A DNA stretch of 64,000 nucleotides, from NCBI GenBank assembly GCA_045594385.1, contig JAZNYM010000032.1, positions 8,339-72,338 on the forward strand, written 5' to 3'. The notes beneath the pieces are model-generated. The model ran no database searches. It worked only from the letters and a program-made list of their open reading frames with translations, and was not told the origin of the DNA. The position numbers were made by a program, and so were the translations under genes. This DNA is from Bacteroidaceae bacterium (GTDB lineage Bacteria; Bacteroidota; Bacteroidia; Bacteroidales; Bacteroidaceae). This document shows, piece after piece, positions 1-7,904 of this stretch; position 1 is the stretch's first letter; every line of letters begins with the position of its first letter.

Positions 1-63
1 CAACCTAAACATAGGCAACCGCCACTACAAACAAAGGCAATAGTAGTCAACCAAAACACCATG

Positions 64-169
64 CTGCAGTCCGGCAATAATCTTCATTGTTCCGGACTGC
101 AGTCCTGTCGTATCAGGACTACAGTCCGGGCATGAAAGGACTATAGTCCGAATACGTCAGGACTAGGTC
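64..169. repeat. Tandem array with about 22-bp period of GGACTNNAGTCC-type palindromes (5 units)
   Basis: ctgcagtccgg 64-74, ccggactgcagtcctg 92-107, caggactacagtccggg 114-130, aggactatagtccg 137-150, caggactaggtc 158-169. The core of the best unit is the perfect palindrome GGACTGCAGTCC. Confidence 0.8.
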
Positions 170-245
170 AATAATGTGGTGCGTTACTCGTAATGGCGGG
201 GAGGGTAAACCACAGAAACTGAGCGATAGCCTTGTAACACCGCAA

Positions 246-680
246 TCAATCGAACCAGTTGTACAGATCCAGGTACTTGTCAAAATGGAAGTCTTCCTTC
301 ACACCTGCCTTATGCAGGGCATTGAGGACGACTTCCTGCTCGGCAGGAGAAAGGATGGTATCACCATTGCGACGCTCGAAATAGGCAGAGCGTCCGAAAT
401 GAATAATGAGCGTTGACATGAATTCCCGATATTGTTCCGGGTACATCCGTTTCTGGAAATTGGTGAACCCCTGGGCATAACGAGCGCGAGACGCATCGCG
501 ATAGAACCTGCATGTACTGTCCTTGGAGCAATGGCGCGGATTAGTCATGTGCAGGAAATCTTTGCCCTCGGTCATCTGGGAATAGGCTATCTGGCGGAGA
601 CACATTGATGCCACCGGGCAATCGGCATGCATGCAAACGCCAAATCTGGCAGGAAGAGTGGTGTATATTTTCTTTGGCAT
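246..680 (-). CDS. Conserved hypothetical protein with a Cys-rich N-terminus
   Basis: ORF 246..728 trimmed to the ATG at 680 (MPKKIYTT...). A TATCTTTG -7 box lies about 20 nt upstream. I do not recognise a family with certainty. Confidence 0.55.
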   Translation of the reverse strand: MPKKIYTTLPARFGVCMHADCPVASMCLRQIAYSQMTEGKDFLHMTNPRHCSKDSTCRFYRDASRARYAQGFTNFQKRMYPEQYREFMSTLIIHFGRSAYFERRNGDTILSPAEQEVVLNALHKAGVKEDFHFDKYLDLYNWFD

Positions 681-699
681 AGTGTTAAGGATTTGTAGA

Positions 700-707
700 C
701 AAAGATA
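700..707 (-). promoter_or_regulatory. Candidate Bacteroidota -7 promoter box (TATCTTTG on the minus strand)
   Basis: Plus-strand caaagata at 700-707 is TAnnTTTG on the minus strand, 20 nt upstream of the ATG at 680. Confidence 0.4.
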
Positions 708-812
708 AAGAAGTTTCTGGATAAGCACAAGGAATAATACACGTTTATCTTGGCAGAACAGTTTTTTAGTGGTACAGAGGGCTTTTAATGCGCTTGATAG
801 AAAACATTATCC

Positions 813-820
813 TATCTTTG
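813..820 (+). promoter_or_regulatory. Candidate Bacteroidota -7 promoter box (TATCTTTG)
   Basis: tatctttg at 813-820, only 7 nt before the ATG at 828. This would imply a near-leaderless mRNA, so the call is tentative. Confidence 0.3.
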
Positions 821-827
821 CACTATC

Positions 828-1682
828 ATGAAAAGGATTTTGGTTACTGGTGCGAGCGGTTTCGTGGGAAGCCGCTTTGTGGAGAGGTGGAAGGGCGAGT
901 ACACCATACTTGCCCCCGGGCATGGGGAAATGGACATCACGGACGTGGTCTCGGTGGAGCGGTATTGCATGGAGAAAGTGCCCGATGTGGTGGTGCATCT
1001 GGCGGCGATATCGAACACGTGGTATTGCGAACAGCATCCCGAGGAGAGTTACCGCGTGAATGTGGAGGGGGCATGCAACGTGGCACTGGCTTCGGCAAGG
1101 TGTGGGGCGAAACTGGTGTTCTTCTCCAGCGACCAGGTGTATAACGGGAACAGGGAGAGCGGTCTGCTGACCGAGGACATTGCCGTTGCTCCGGAGAACG
1201 TGTACGGCAGGCATAAACTGGAGGCAGAGGGGCGTGTGCTTGGCACCTGCCCGGAGGCGGTGGCATTGCGTGCCACGTGGATGTACGACATGGAGAGGGA
1301 GGGTATGCCTACGCATGCTAACTTTGTGCTGAACATTGCCCATGCCATCAAGGAGGGAGCACAACTGCGGTTTCCCGTACGTGAGTACAGGGGAATAACG
1401 TGGGTGAAGGAGATTGTAGAACTGTTGCCACATGCCTTTGACCTACCCGGAGGCGTATACAACTTCGGTGCGGAGAACCTGCTGAACACCTACGAGACGG
1501 CATGCCGGTATTGCGAGATGCTGACTGGGGAAAAGAACAATGCTATAATCCTGCCCGACCATGAGCGATACCCCGAGCATGTGCGCAACATTTCCATCAG
1601 TATGGGTAAGGCAAACTGGGCTTCGGGTGGGACAATACGGTTCCATAACACCTTGGAGGGACTGAGGGAGGCGGAACGGTGA
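828..1682 (+). CDS. NAD(P)-dependent sugar-nucleotide reductase/epimerase, RmlD (dTDP-4-dehydrorhamnose reductase)-like SDR
   Basis: N-terminal Rossmann motif VTGASGFVGS, YGRHK (YxxxK) catalytic motif, 284 aa. The TGA stop lies in the first GGTGAGC-type repeat unit. Confidence 0.75.
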   Translation: MKRILVTGASGFVGSRFVERWKGEYTILAPGHGEMDITDVVSVERYCMEKVPDVVVHLAAISNTWYCEQHPEESYRVNVEGACNVALASARCGAKLVFFSSDQVYNGNRESGLLTEDIAVAPENVYGRHKLEAEGRVLGTCPEAVALRATWMYDMEREGMPTHANFVLNIAHAIKEGAQLRFPVREYRGITWVKEIVELLPHAFDLPGGVYNFGAENLLNTYETACRYCEMLTGEKNNAIILPDHERYPEHVRNISISMGKANWASGGTIRFHNTLEGLREAER

Positions 1683-2045
1683 GCGGTGAACGGTGAACGG
1701 TTAGCGATTTAGTTTTCCGTTTTCCGTTTCCAGTTTTCACCTTTTATCATACCCCCTCCGCTTCGCTCGTCCCCCTGTCTCAGGGGGACAGTTTAGAGCG
1801 GATGGGAGGTGAGAGGTGAGCGGATGAGAGAGTCAGAGTAATCAGAGTAATCAGAATATTCCGAGTAATCGGAAAAACCGCTCACCACTCATCCGTTAAA
1901 AACATCACTACTATACCTTATTATATATCCCCCCAATAATACTATTGCAAAACCAATCACCTACGAATACATTATACTCCCCTCCCTTGTGGAGGGGTTG
2001 GGGGGAGGGTCCTCCTCTCTCACCGCTCACCGCTCACCGCTCATA
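1671..2045. repeat. Composite mosaic element L: GGTGARC x3, TTTTCCG x3, hairpin GTCCCCCTGtctCAGGGGGAC, GGTGAGN run, GAGTAATCN 9-mers, AT-rich core, G/C-run hairpin, GCTCACC x3
   Basis: Read directly from the sequence. It is colinear with the reverse complement of 3185-3420. Submodules recur at 5749-5882, 63106-63170 and 63855-63995. Confidence 0.85.
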
Positions 2046-3266
2046 CAAGAAAGCAAAGTGGGCAGGGATGTCGCCCGTGCGGACCTTCCATAGGAGGAGG
2101 CCTTCGGGAGAGAAGCAGAAGAGGGTGCCGGGATTGACGTGGGTGCGGGCATCGCCAATGAGTATCTCACCCGTATGGGGATGGACGGCTATGCCGTAGG
2201 GCTCCATGATGGAGGCATCGGTGCCGTCGGTTATGAAGTTGGTGGTGAGGACCTGGCGGGTGCGGACGTTGACAATACCGTAGTTGGTATGGTTCTGCAT
2301 GGTGGCATAGGAGAACTCGGTGCCTATCACATACAGGGAGTCGCCACGGAGGGTCATGTTCTCCACCACAAGGTCGGTGCCGTCCTGAGCGGTGATGCGC
2401 CGTACCTGCGGAGTGCCGGCCGGGTCGGTGATGCAGAAGAGGGCACTGGTGTTGCCATAGTAATCACCACGGGAGGATACCCACAACCGCCCGTCAGAGT
2501 CGGCCAGGAGATGGTGGAGGTTGACGGCCACGGGGATGCGTCCCTCCTCACGGAAAGTCCCGATATCCACTACCGACACGGTGTTTTCATAGTTGGGAAA
2601 CATGTAACCGCCGCTATTGGCAACGAATATCTTGCCCCCAGCGATGTCCAGACGGTCGGGTTGGAAACCAACGATGCACGTGTCCACCTTCTCCAGCGTG
2701 GCGGTATCTATCTTCACCACCATGCCTTTCTGTTCGTAATCCGGATTTATCTGCACAGGTCCGGCATAACTGGTCACGTAGGCATAGCCCTCGTGGAAAG
2801 CGATATAGCGGCAGTTGGCCAGATTGACCTGCCCCACCCTGCGTGTTGTACGCGCCTCCATCACCTCTATCTTGTTGCTGCAGTTTATCACCGCCCACAT
2901 ACGGTTGCCATAGATGCGGAGGTCGTTGCCCACGTCGCCCAGTTCCTTGACGGCAGAGGGGTTGGCATTGCCGTAGATGTTGCGGATGTATGTGCCAGTG
3001 GTATAGTCATAGAAGTCCATGGTGCACTTGTTGCTGCCCATATTGCCCTCGTTGAGCAGATAGAAACCAAGGATGCTGTCCGTTCGTGTGTCTCCCACCT
3101 CTTCTTCCTCGCTGGGCCACACGATGATGTCGTGGCGGCAGGATTGGAGGAGGAGGAGAGAGAGGAGGAGGAGGAAAAGGAAGACCCACCCCCAACGGAC
3201 CCACCCCCAACCCCTCCCTGTATGGAGGGGAGTATTTAGTGTAAGTGTTGGTATCTTTTTTAGCAT
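2034..3266 (-). CDS. Surface lipoprotein, YncE-like beta-propeller (DUF5074-like), partner of the adjacent TonB-dependent receptor
   Basis: 410 aa with a lipobox (...LLLLQSC). The repetitive propeller-like body is typical of Bacteroidales proteins encoded next to TonB-dependent receptors (TBDRs). ATG 3266 is the only in-frame start upstream of the lipobox. Confidence 0.65.
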   Translation of the reverse strand: MLKKIPTLTLNTPLHTGRGWGWVRWGWVFLFLLLLSLLLLQSCRHDIIVWPSEEEEVGDTRTDSILGFYLLNEGNMGSNKCTMDFYDYTTGTYIRNIYGNANPSAVKELGDVGNDLRIYGNRMWAVINCSNKIEVMEARTTRRVGQVNLANCRYIAFHEGYAYVTSYAGPVQINPDYEQKGMVVKIDTATLEKVDTCIVGFQPDRLDIAGGKIFVANSGGYMFPNYENTVSVVDIGTFREEGRIPVAVNLHHLLADSDGRLWVSSRGDYYGNTSALFCITDPAGTPQVRRITAQDGTDLVVENMTLRGDSLYVIGTEFSYATMQNHTNYGIVNVRTRQVLTTNFITDGTDASIMEPYGIAVHPHTGEILIGDARTHVNPGTLFCFSPEGLLLWKVRTGDIPAHFAFLYER

Positions 3267-3476
3267 TGAAGTAATCGGACTATATATAATAATAAGGTAT
3301 AGTAGTGATGTTTTTTTAACGGATGAGCGAAGAGCGGATGAACGATGAGCGATTTAGTTTCCCGTTTTTCCCAACTGTCCCTCTGAGACAGGGGGACAAT
3401 CGGCTGGCGCAGTGTTTTCTGTCGTAACCACCCCCTCCCCTTGCGGGAGGGTTGGGGAGGGGTCCTCTCCCTCTAC
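3185..3476. repeat. Composite mosaic element R, an inverted copy of element L, followed by a direct copy of the G/C-run hairpin module
   Basis: A 21-bp perfect core, taataaggtatagtagtgatg at 3290-3310, is the reverse complement of 1903-1923. The flanking modules are colinear. Module ccccctccccttgcgggagggttggggaggggtcc lies at 3430-3464. Confidence 0.85.
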
Positions 3477-5527
3477 CACTCCACCTTCACACTCCCCTTC
3501 CAGTTGCGTCCGGGCATGGGATAGTTGTGTATGACATCGTATTGCTGGTTGAAGAGGTTGTTGCACTCCACGGCAAAGGTGAGGACGAGACGAGGGAGTT
3601 GCCAACGGTAGGTTGCCGACAGGTCGTGCGTGTACCAAGGCTGTTCGTAGTTCTCACGGATGTTGGCACTGGTATGGTAGCGCTCGCCCACATAGATGAA
3701 CGAGTAGTTAAGTCCGAGATTCCGCCACGACAGGTTTCCCGCCACGCTACCGCTATGCCAGGGGATGTATGCTATCTGGCCTCCGTAGGTGCCATAGTAG
3801 GGATCGTTGTCCGTAGGGTCGGTACGGTCGGTGGCCGACTGGTAGGTGTAGTTCAGGCAGAGCACCAGCGACCAGTCCCTGCGCCAACGCAGCACCGTCT
3901 CGGCCGTTGCCTCCACGCCGGCAATGTGCACCTTGCCCACGTTCATCATCATCCAGCGGTACTGGCCCGAGCCCTTGGGAATGGCAACTATCTTGTTGTC
4001 CACCATATTGAAATAGCCGTCGGCCTTCACCTCCACATGGCGGAACAGGCCACGGTACCAGTCGTGCGAGTAGATGAAGCCAAGGTTCCACTGACGGGTC
4101 GTCTCGGGTTGGAGCGAGGCATTGCCAACCTCGGTATAGTAGAGGTCGTTGAACGTGGGCAGGCGGAAGATGCCTTTATAGAAAGCACGGAGCGAGAGGT
4201 CGGGGCACTCCCTCAATGGCTGATAAGACACGTACAAGGCCGGTGTCCATCGGCTGGTGGTGTTGGAAACGGGGTCGGACGTGATGCCCTTGGTGGTACT
4301 GTCCCACACATTGGTACCAAGGAGCGAAGCCATCAGGCGCAGACGGCGGTATTCGTATTGCGTGGCAAGAGCAAGCAGGAGTGTGTGGCGCACGGGAAAG
4401 ACGAAGTTGGTGAGCGAGGCATCCAGCGTGTTGTACTGATAGTCGGCGGCCAGGTTCACCTGCCAACCGGGGAGCAGTTCCACATGGTGTGCCGTGCTGA
4501 GGTATAGTTCGTTCTGCCGGAACTTGTTGTCCTGATACATCAGGGTAGTGTCGGGGTTGAGGTAGCGCATGTGGTCGTTGGCATACTTGCCGCTGACCTG
4601 GAACTTATACCTGTCGGACACATGCTTTGTCCATTGCCCCTGGGCAAAGAAGTTTCTGTCCCACTGGCGCTGGGAGTGCTTCCATACATTATTGACGATG
4701 GCTCCGGGTATGCCACGCTCCGAGTCGTAGTAGTAGGCCTTGGCATTCCATGTGCCGTCCTGGGTGTTGCCAAAGACGGATGCTTCCACACGAAAGGAAC
4801 GTATATCGCCATTCTGGCGGACGGCAGTAGTGTCCCATGCCACCTGGCCCGAAGGAAGGACACGGCGGTAGCGGAACCTGTACTTGCCCGACGCACCCGT
4901 ATAGTCGGCACTAAGGCTGCTGCTTATGCGCTTGCTCCAGCGCTGCTCCCATGTCAGCGAGGGGTTGATGAGACCGAAACTGCCACCCTTGAGCGAAGTA
5001 CGGAGATTGTGGTTCTTGCCCTCCCCAAACCTGGGGCGACGTGTGCGGATGTACACCGAACCCGAAGTTCCGTAGTCGCGTGCCGGCTGGAATATCTGTG
5101 CCTTCTGCCCGTTGTAGAGTGCTATCTCCTCCACATTGTCCAGGGAGAAGCGGCCGAGGTCCACAAGGCCGTTCTGTGCATTGCCCAACTGTATGCCGTC
5201 GTAGAACACCCCCATGTGGTTGGTGCCCATACTGCGTATGTCTATGGTCTTCAGGCCTCCCACACCGCCATAGTCCTTTATCTGCACACCGCTGAAATAG
5301 CGCATGGCATCGGCCACGGAGAAGGAGGACAAGGACTCCAGCCGTTTGCCGCTGAGGCGCTGGCTGGGGACAATCTCCTCCGAGCGACGGGCATAGACGC
5401 TTACCTCCATCATACAGGAAACGCTATCCTGCCCATAGGCGGAATGAATAACAGAGTCCCTCTCCTGAGCGAACGTCAGAAGAGGGAAAAGGGTACAGAG
5501 TACGGGCAAGATACTCCTTAGGTTCAT
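3473..5527 (-). CDS. TonB-dependent outer-membrane receptor (plug plus 22-strand barrel, BtuB/CirA size class)
   Basis: 684 aa with a signal peptide. Plug-domain motifs are present (DAMRYFSGVQIKDYGGVGGLKTIDIRSMG). The C-terminal aromatic residue (..KVEW) is typical of OM barrels. Confidence 0.9.
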   Translation of the reverse strand: MNLRSILPVLCTLFPLLTFAQERDSVIHSAYGQDSVSCMMEVSVYARRSEEIVPSQRLSGKRLESLSSFSVADAMRYFSGVQIKDYGGVGGLKTIDIRSMGTNHMGVFYDGIQLGNAQNGLVDLGRFSLDNVEEIALYNGQKAQIFQPARDYGTSGSVYIRTRRPRFGEGKNHNLRTSLKGGSFGLINPSLTWEQRWSKRISSSLSADYTGASGKYRFRYRRVLPSGQVAWDTTAVRQNGDIRSFRVEASVFGNTQDGTWNAKAYYYDSERGIPGAIVNNVWKHSQRQWDRNFFAQGQWTKHVSDRYKFQVSGKYANDHMRYLNPDTTLMYQDNKFRQNELYLSTAHHVELLPGWQVNLAADYQYNTLDASLTNFVFPVRHTLLLALATQYEYRRLRLMASLLGTNVWDSTTKGITSDPVSNTTSRWTPALYVSYQPLRECPDLSLRAFYKGIFRLPTFNDLYYTEVGNASLQPETTRQWNLGFIYSHDWYRGLFRHVEVKADGYFNMVDNKIVAIPKGSGQYRWMMMNVGKVHIAGVEATAETVLRWRRDWSLVLCLNYTYQSATDRTDPTDNDPYYGTYGGQIAYIPWHSGSVAGNLSWRNLGLNYSFIYVGERYHTSANIRENYEQPWYTHDLSATYRWQLPRLVLTFAVECNNLFNQQYDVIHNYPMPGRNWKGSVKVEW

Positions 5528-5739
5528 TTCTTGTGGCGATTTGCCCTCTGGCGACGGATGTCAGCCTTCTTCTTGGCCGCGCCGCTGCCATGGGCACCGG
5601 TGATGTACTGCTTTTTCTTGGCCTTGGTCTTCACCTTGGCCTGCTCACGGGGATTGGGTTCCCGCTTGGGACCACCCTTGAAGGTTATGCCACCTCCCGT
5701 GATTACTGCATCTATATCGTCTCCACCAAACATGTTCAT
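5524..5739 (-). CDS. Small, very basic hypothetical protein (71 aa), possibly translationally coupled to the TBDR
   Basis: ATG start. Its TGA overlaps the TBDR ATG (ATGA overlap at 5524-5527). It is Gly-rich then Lys/Arg-rich with no recognisable family. Several frames are open here, so coding status is uncertain. Confidence 0.35.
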   Translation of the reverse strand: MNMFGGDDIDAVITGGGITFKGGPKREPNPREQAKVKTKAKKKQYITGAHGSGAAKKKADIRRQRANRHKK

Positions 5740-5748
5740 AATTCAAAC

Positions 5749-5882
5749 GGTGAGGGGTGAGGGGATGAGCGGTGAGCGGGATTTCCGATTACTCGGAATA
5801 TTCTGATTATTCGGATTACTCGGATTACTCCGACTCTCTCATCCGCCCACCCGCTCACTTTACAGTTTTCCGTTTTAATCCC
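5749..5882. repeat. Composite mosaic element: GGTGAGG/GGTGAGC run, inverted GAGTAATCN 9-mer module, TTTTCCG module
   Basis: 5765-5845 is the reverse complement of the module at about 1815-1890 (ggatgagagagtc[a/g]gagtaatc...cagaatattccgagtaatcggaaa). tttacagttttccgtttt matches 1707-1735. Confidence 0.8.
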
Positions 5883-5974
5883 GCTTCGCGGTCTTTTCCT
5901 CCTTGTTGCTCGGCATAATCAAAGTAAACTTTGCTTCTGCCCTCGCTTCCTGCGTCGGTTCACCTTTCAGTTTA

Positions 5975-7156
5975 TTAATGGTGGAACAGGCGCACACCGG
6001 TGAAGGCCATAGCTATGCCGTACTTGTCGCAAGTCTCGATAACATGGTCATCGCGCACGCTGCCTCCTGCCTGTGCCACATACTGCACACCGCTCTTGTG
6101 GGCACGCTCTATGTTGTCGCCGAAGGGGAAGAAGGCATCGCTGCCCAGACACACTCCGGTGTTCTGTGCCAGCCACTCCTGCATCTCCTGCTCGGTGAGA
6201 GGTTCGGGGCACTCGGTGAAGAACTTCTGCCATTCGCCGTCGCGCAGAACGTCCTCGCGCTCGGGCCCGATGTAGATGTCAATGGTATTGTCGCGGTCGG
6301 CACGACGTATGCCGGGCACAAAGGGAAGGTTCATCACCTTGGGGTGCTGGCGCAACCACCAGATATCGGCCTTGTTGCCTGCCAGGCGGGTGCAGTGGAT
6401 ACGGCTCTGCTGGCCGGCACCGATACCGATGGCCTGTCCGTCCTTCACGTAGCACACACTGTTGCTCTGGGTGTACTTCAAGGTAATGAGGGCGATTATC
6501 AGGTCGCGACGTGCCTCATCGTTGAAGGTCTTGTTCTGTGTGGGGATATTCTCGAAGAGAGCGGGATCGGCCAGGTTTATCTCGTTGCGTCCCTGCTCGA
6601 AGGTGATGCCGAAGCACTGCTTGCGCTCGATGGGAGCGGGAGTGTACTCGGGATCTATCTGGATGACGTTGTATGTACCCTTGCGCTTTGCCTTCAGCAC
6701 CTCCAAAGCCTCGGGGGTGTAGCCGGGAGCGATGACGCCGTCGCTGACCTCACGGTTGATGAGGCGGGCGGTTGACTCGTCGCACACGTCGCTCAGCGCA
6801 ATGAAGTCGCCGTAGGAACTCATGCGGTCGGCACCACGTGCACGTGCATAGGCACTGGCTATGGGAGTGAGGGGCAGAGGAGCGTCGTCCACGAAATACA
6901 CCTTCTTCAAAGTGTCGCTCAGGGGCAGACCTACGGCAGCGCCGGCAGGGCTGACGTGCTTGAAACTGGCGGCGGCAGGCATACCTGTGGCAGCTTTCAG
7001 TTCCTTGACCAACTGCCAGGAGTTGAAAGCGTCCAGGAAGTTGATATAACCGGGACGGCCGTTCAGTACTTCAATGGGCAGTTCGCCCTCTTCCATGTAG
7101 ATTCTGGAAGGTTTCTGGTTGGGGTTGCAACCATACTTCAATTCAAGTTCCTTCAT
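5975..7156 (-). CDS. purH: AICAR formyltransferase (PurH transformylase domain only; no N-terminal IMP cyclohydrolase/MGS domain)
   Basis: 393 aa. It has KHVSPAGAA and the C-terminal GSDAFFPF...AQAGGSVRD...GIAMAFTGVRLFHH motifs characteristic of the PurH AICARFT domain. Confidence 0.85.
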   Translation of the reverse strand: MKELELKYGCNPNQKPSRIYMEEGELPIEVLNGRPGYINFLDAFNSWQLVKELKAATGMPAAASFKHVSPAGAAVGLPLSDTLKKVYFVDDAPLPLTPIASAYARARGADRMSSYGDFIALSDVCDESTARLINREVSDGVIAPGYTPEALEVLKAKRKGTYNVIQIDPEYTPAPIERKQCFGITFEQGRNEINLADPALFENIPTQNKTFNDEARRDLIIALITLKYTQSNSVCYVKDGQAIGIGAGQQSRIHCTRLAGNKADIWWLRQHPKVMNLPFVPGIRRADRDNTIDIYIGPEREDVLRDGEWQKFFTECPEPLTEQEMQEWLAQNTGVCLGSDAFFPFGDNIERAHKSGVQYVAQAGGSVRDDHVIETCDKYGIAMAFTGVRLFHH

Positions 7157-7241
7157 ATTTTTCTATCTATAAATCAAGTTTCTTCATTAAAACACAAATA
7201 GCCACCCTTCCATTGCAGGAGGAGTGACTAAATGGATTTTG

Positions 7242-7645
7242 TGGAGCTGGAGGGGATTGAACCCTCGTCCAAACAGGGACATCCCATGCTTTCTACACGC
7301 TTATTCCGGACTTCGGTTGTAGGGAAGCGACAAGACCCGGACCACCAATCGCAACCTTAGCATCAAGAGAATTTCATCACCGAGTAGATGCGTCCTCAAC
7401 GACTATCCCCGAATTGCTGTGCCACTGAGCCTGAGAGTTTCAGGGCGTGAACCTCAGAGTGACATCCCGTCTCAGCACCTGGTGCCGAGATAAAGCCGGT
7501 AATCTACTGTACTTCGATTAGGCAGCGAGAGCGTAGTTCTTTTCGCCAGATAAATTCTTGAAGGTCAGATATTATAGAGAGCGGCCAACAACCCTCTGCG
7601 TGCTTACATGACATCTCATCCTGCTGTCAAATCCATGTCAGCCCC
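7242..7645 (-). ncRNA. ssrA: tmRNA (SsrA), tag reading frame GEKNYALAA-stop at 7518-7547
   Basis: The minus-strand 5' end GGGGCTGACATGGATTTGACAGC pairs with the 3' CAGCTCC-A, including the G3:U wobble. A T-arm GGGTTCAATCCCC is present. The tag ORF ggc gaa aag aac tac gct ctc gct gcc taa is present. CCA is not encoded. Confidence 0.93.
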
Positions 7646-7664
7646 AATGTCATTATGCAGGGGC

Positions 7665-7672
7665 AAAGGTAC
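7665..7672 (-). promoter_or_regulatory. Candidate -7 box (TACCTTTG) for ssrA
   Basis: Plus-strand caaaggta at 7665-7672, about 19 nt upstream of the mature tmRNA 5' end. Confidence 0.45.
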
Positions 7673-7904
7673 GAATAAGTGAGCATTCTACCAAATTTAT
7701 TCAAGGAAATCAGGTTTCCGTACCCACCAAATGCCGACAAAGCACAGGAAACCGCATATAAGTTTGAAAGTTTTTTACTAACTTTGTTGCGATATTGATG
7801 ACTCCACACAATATACTCCGTAAGGTAAACGTTATATATTCAAGTGCCCAAGGCAGACAACCGCGCACAGAAACACAGGAAAAAAGAAAACGAACAACCA
7901 AGAT

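Noticed and set aside
1945-2199. 84-aa + strand ORF starting with TTG in the left mosaic element
   Set aside because: It is antisense to the 3' end of the lipoprotein gene and repeat-derived. I kept it only as evidence that the element carries a vestigial coding start (see the finding at 1671-3476).
5740-5975. Riboswitch (for example cobalamin) upstream of the TBDR operon
   Set aside because: The region consists of the simple-sequence modules. I could not find a B12-box-like or other conserved riboswitch core by eye. A covariance-model search would be needed to exclude one.
2139-6775. Long + strand ORFs (2139..3239, 3452..4507, 4571..5521, 5903..6775) opposite the lipoprotein, TBDR and purH genes
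   Set aside because: They are antisense to genes with clear family signatures. Their Gly/Val/His-rich composition is typical of shadow ORFs in GC-rich coding DNA.
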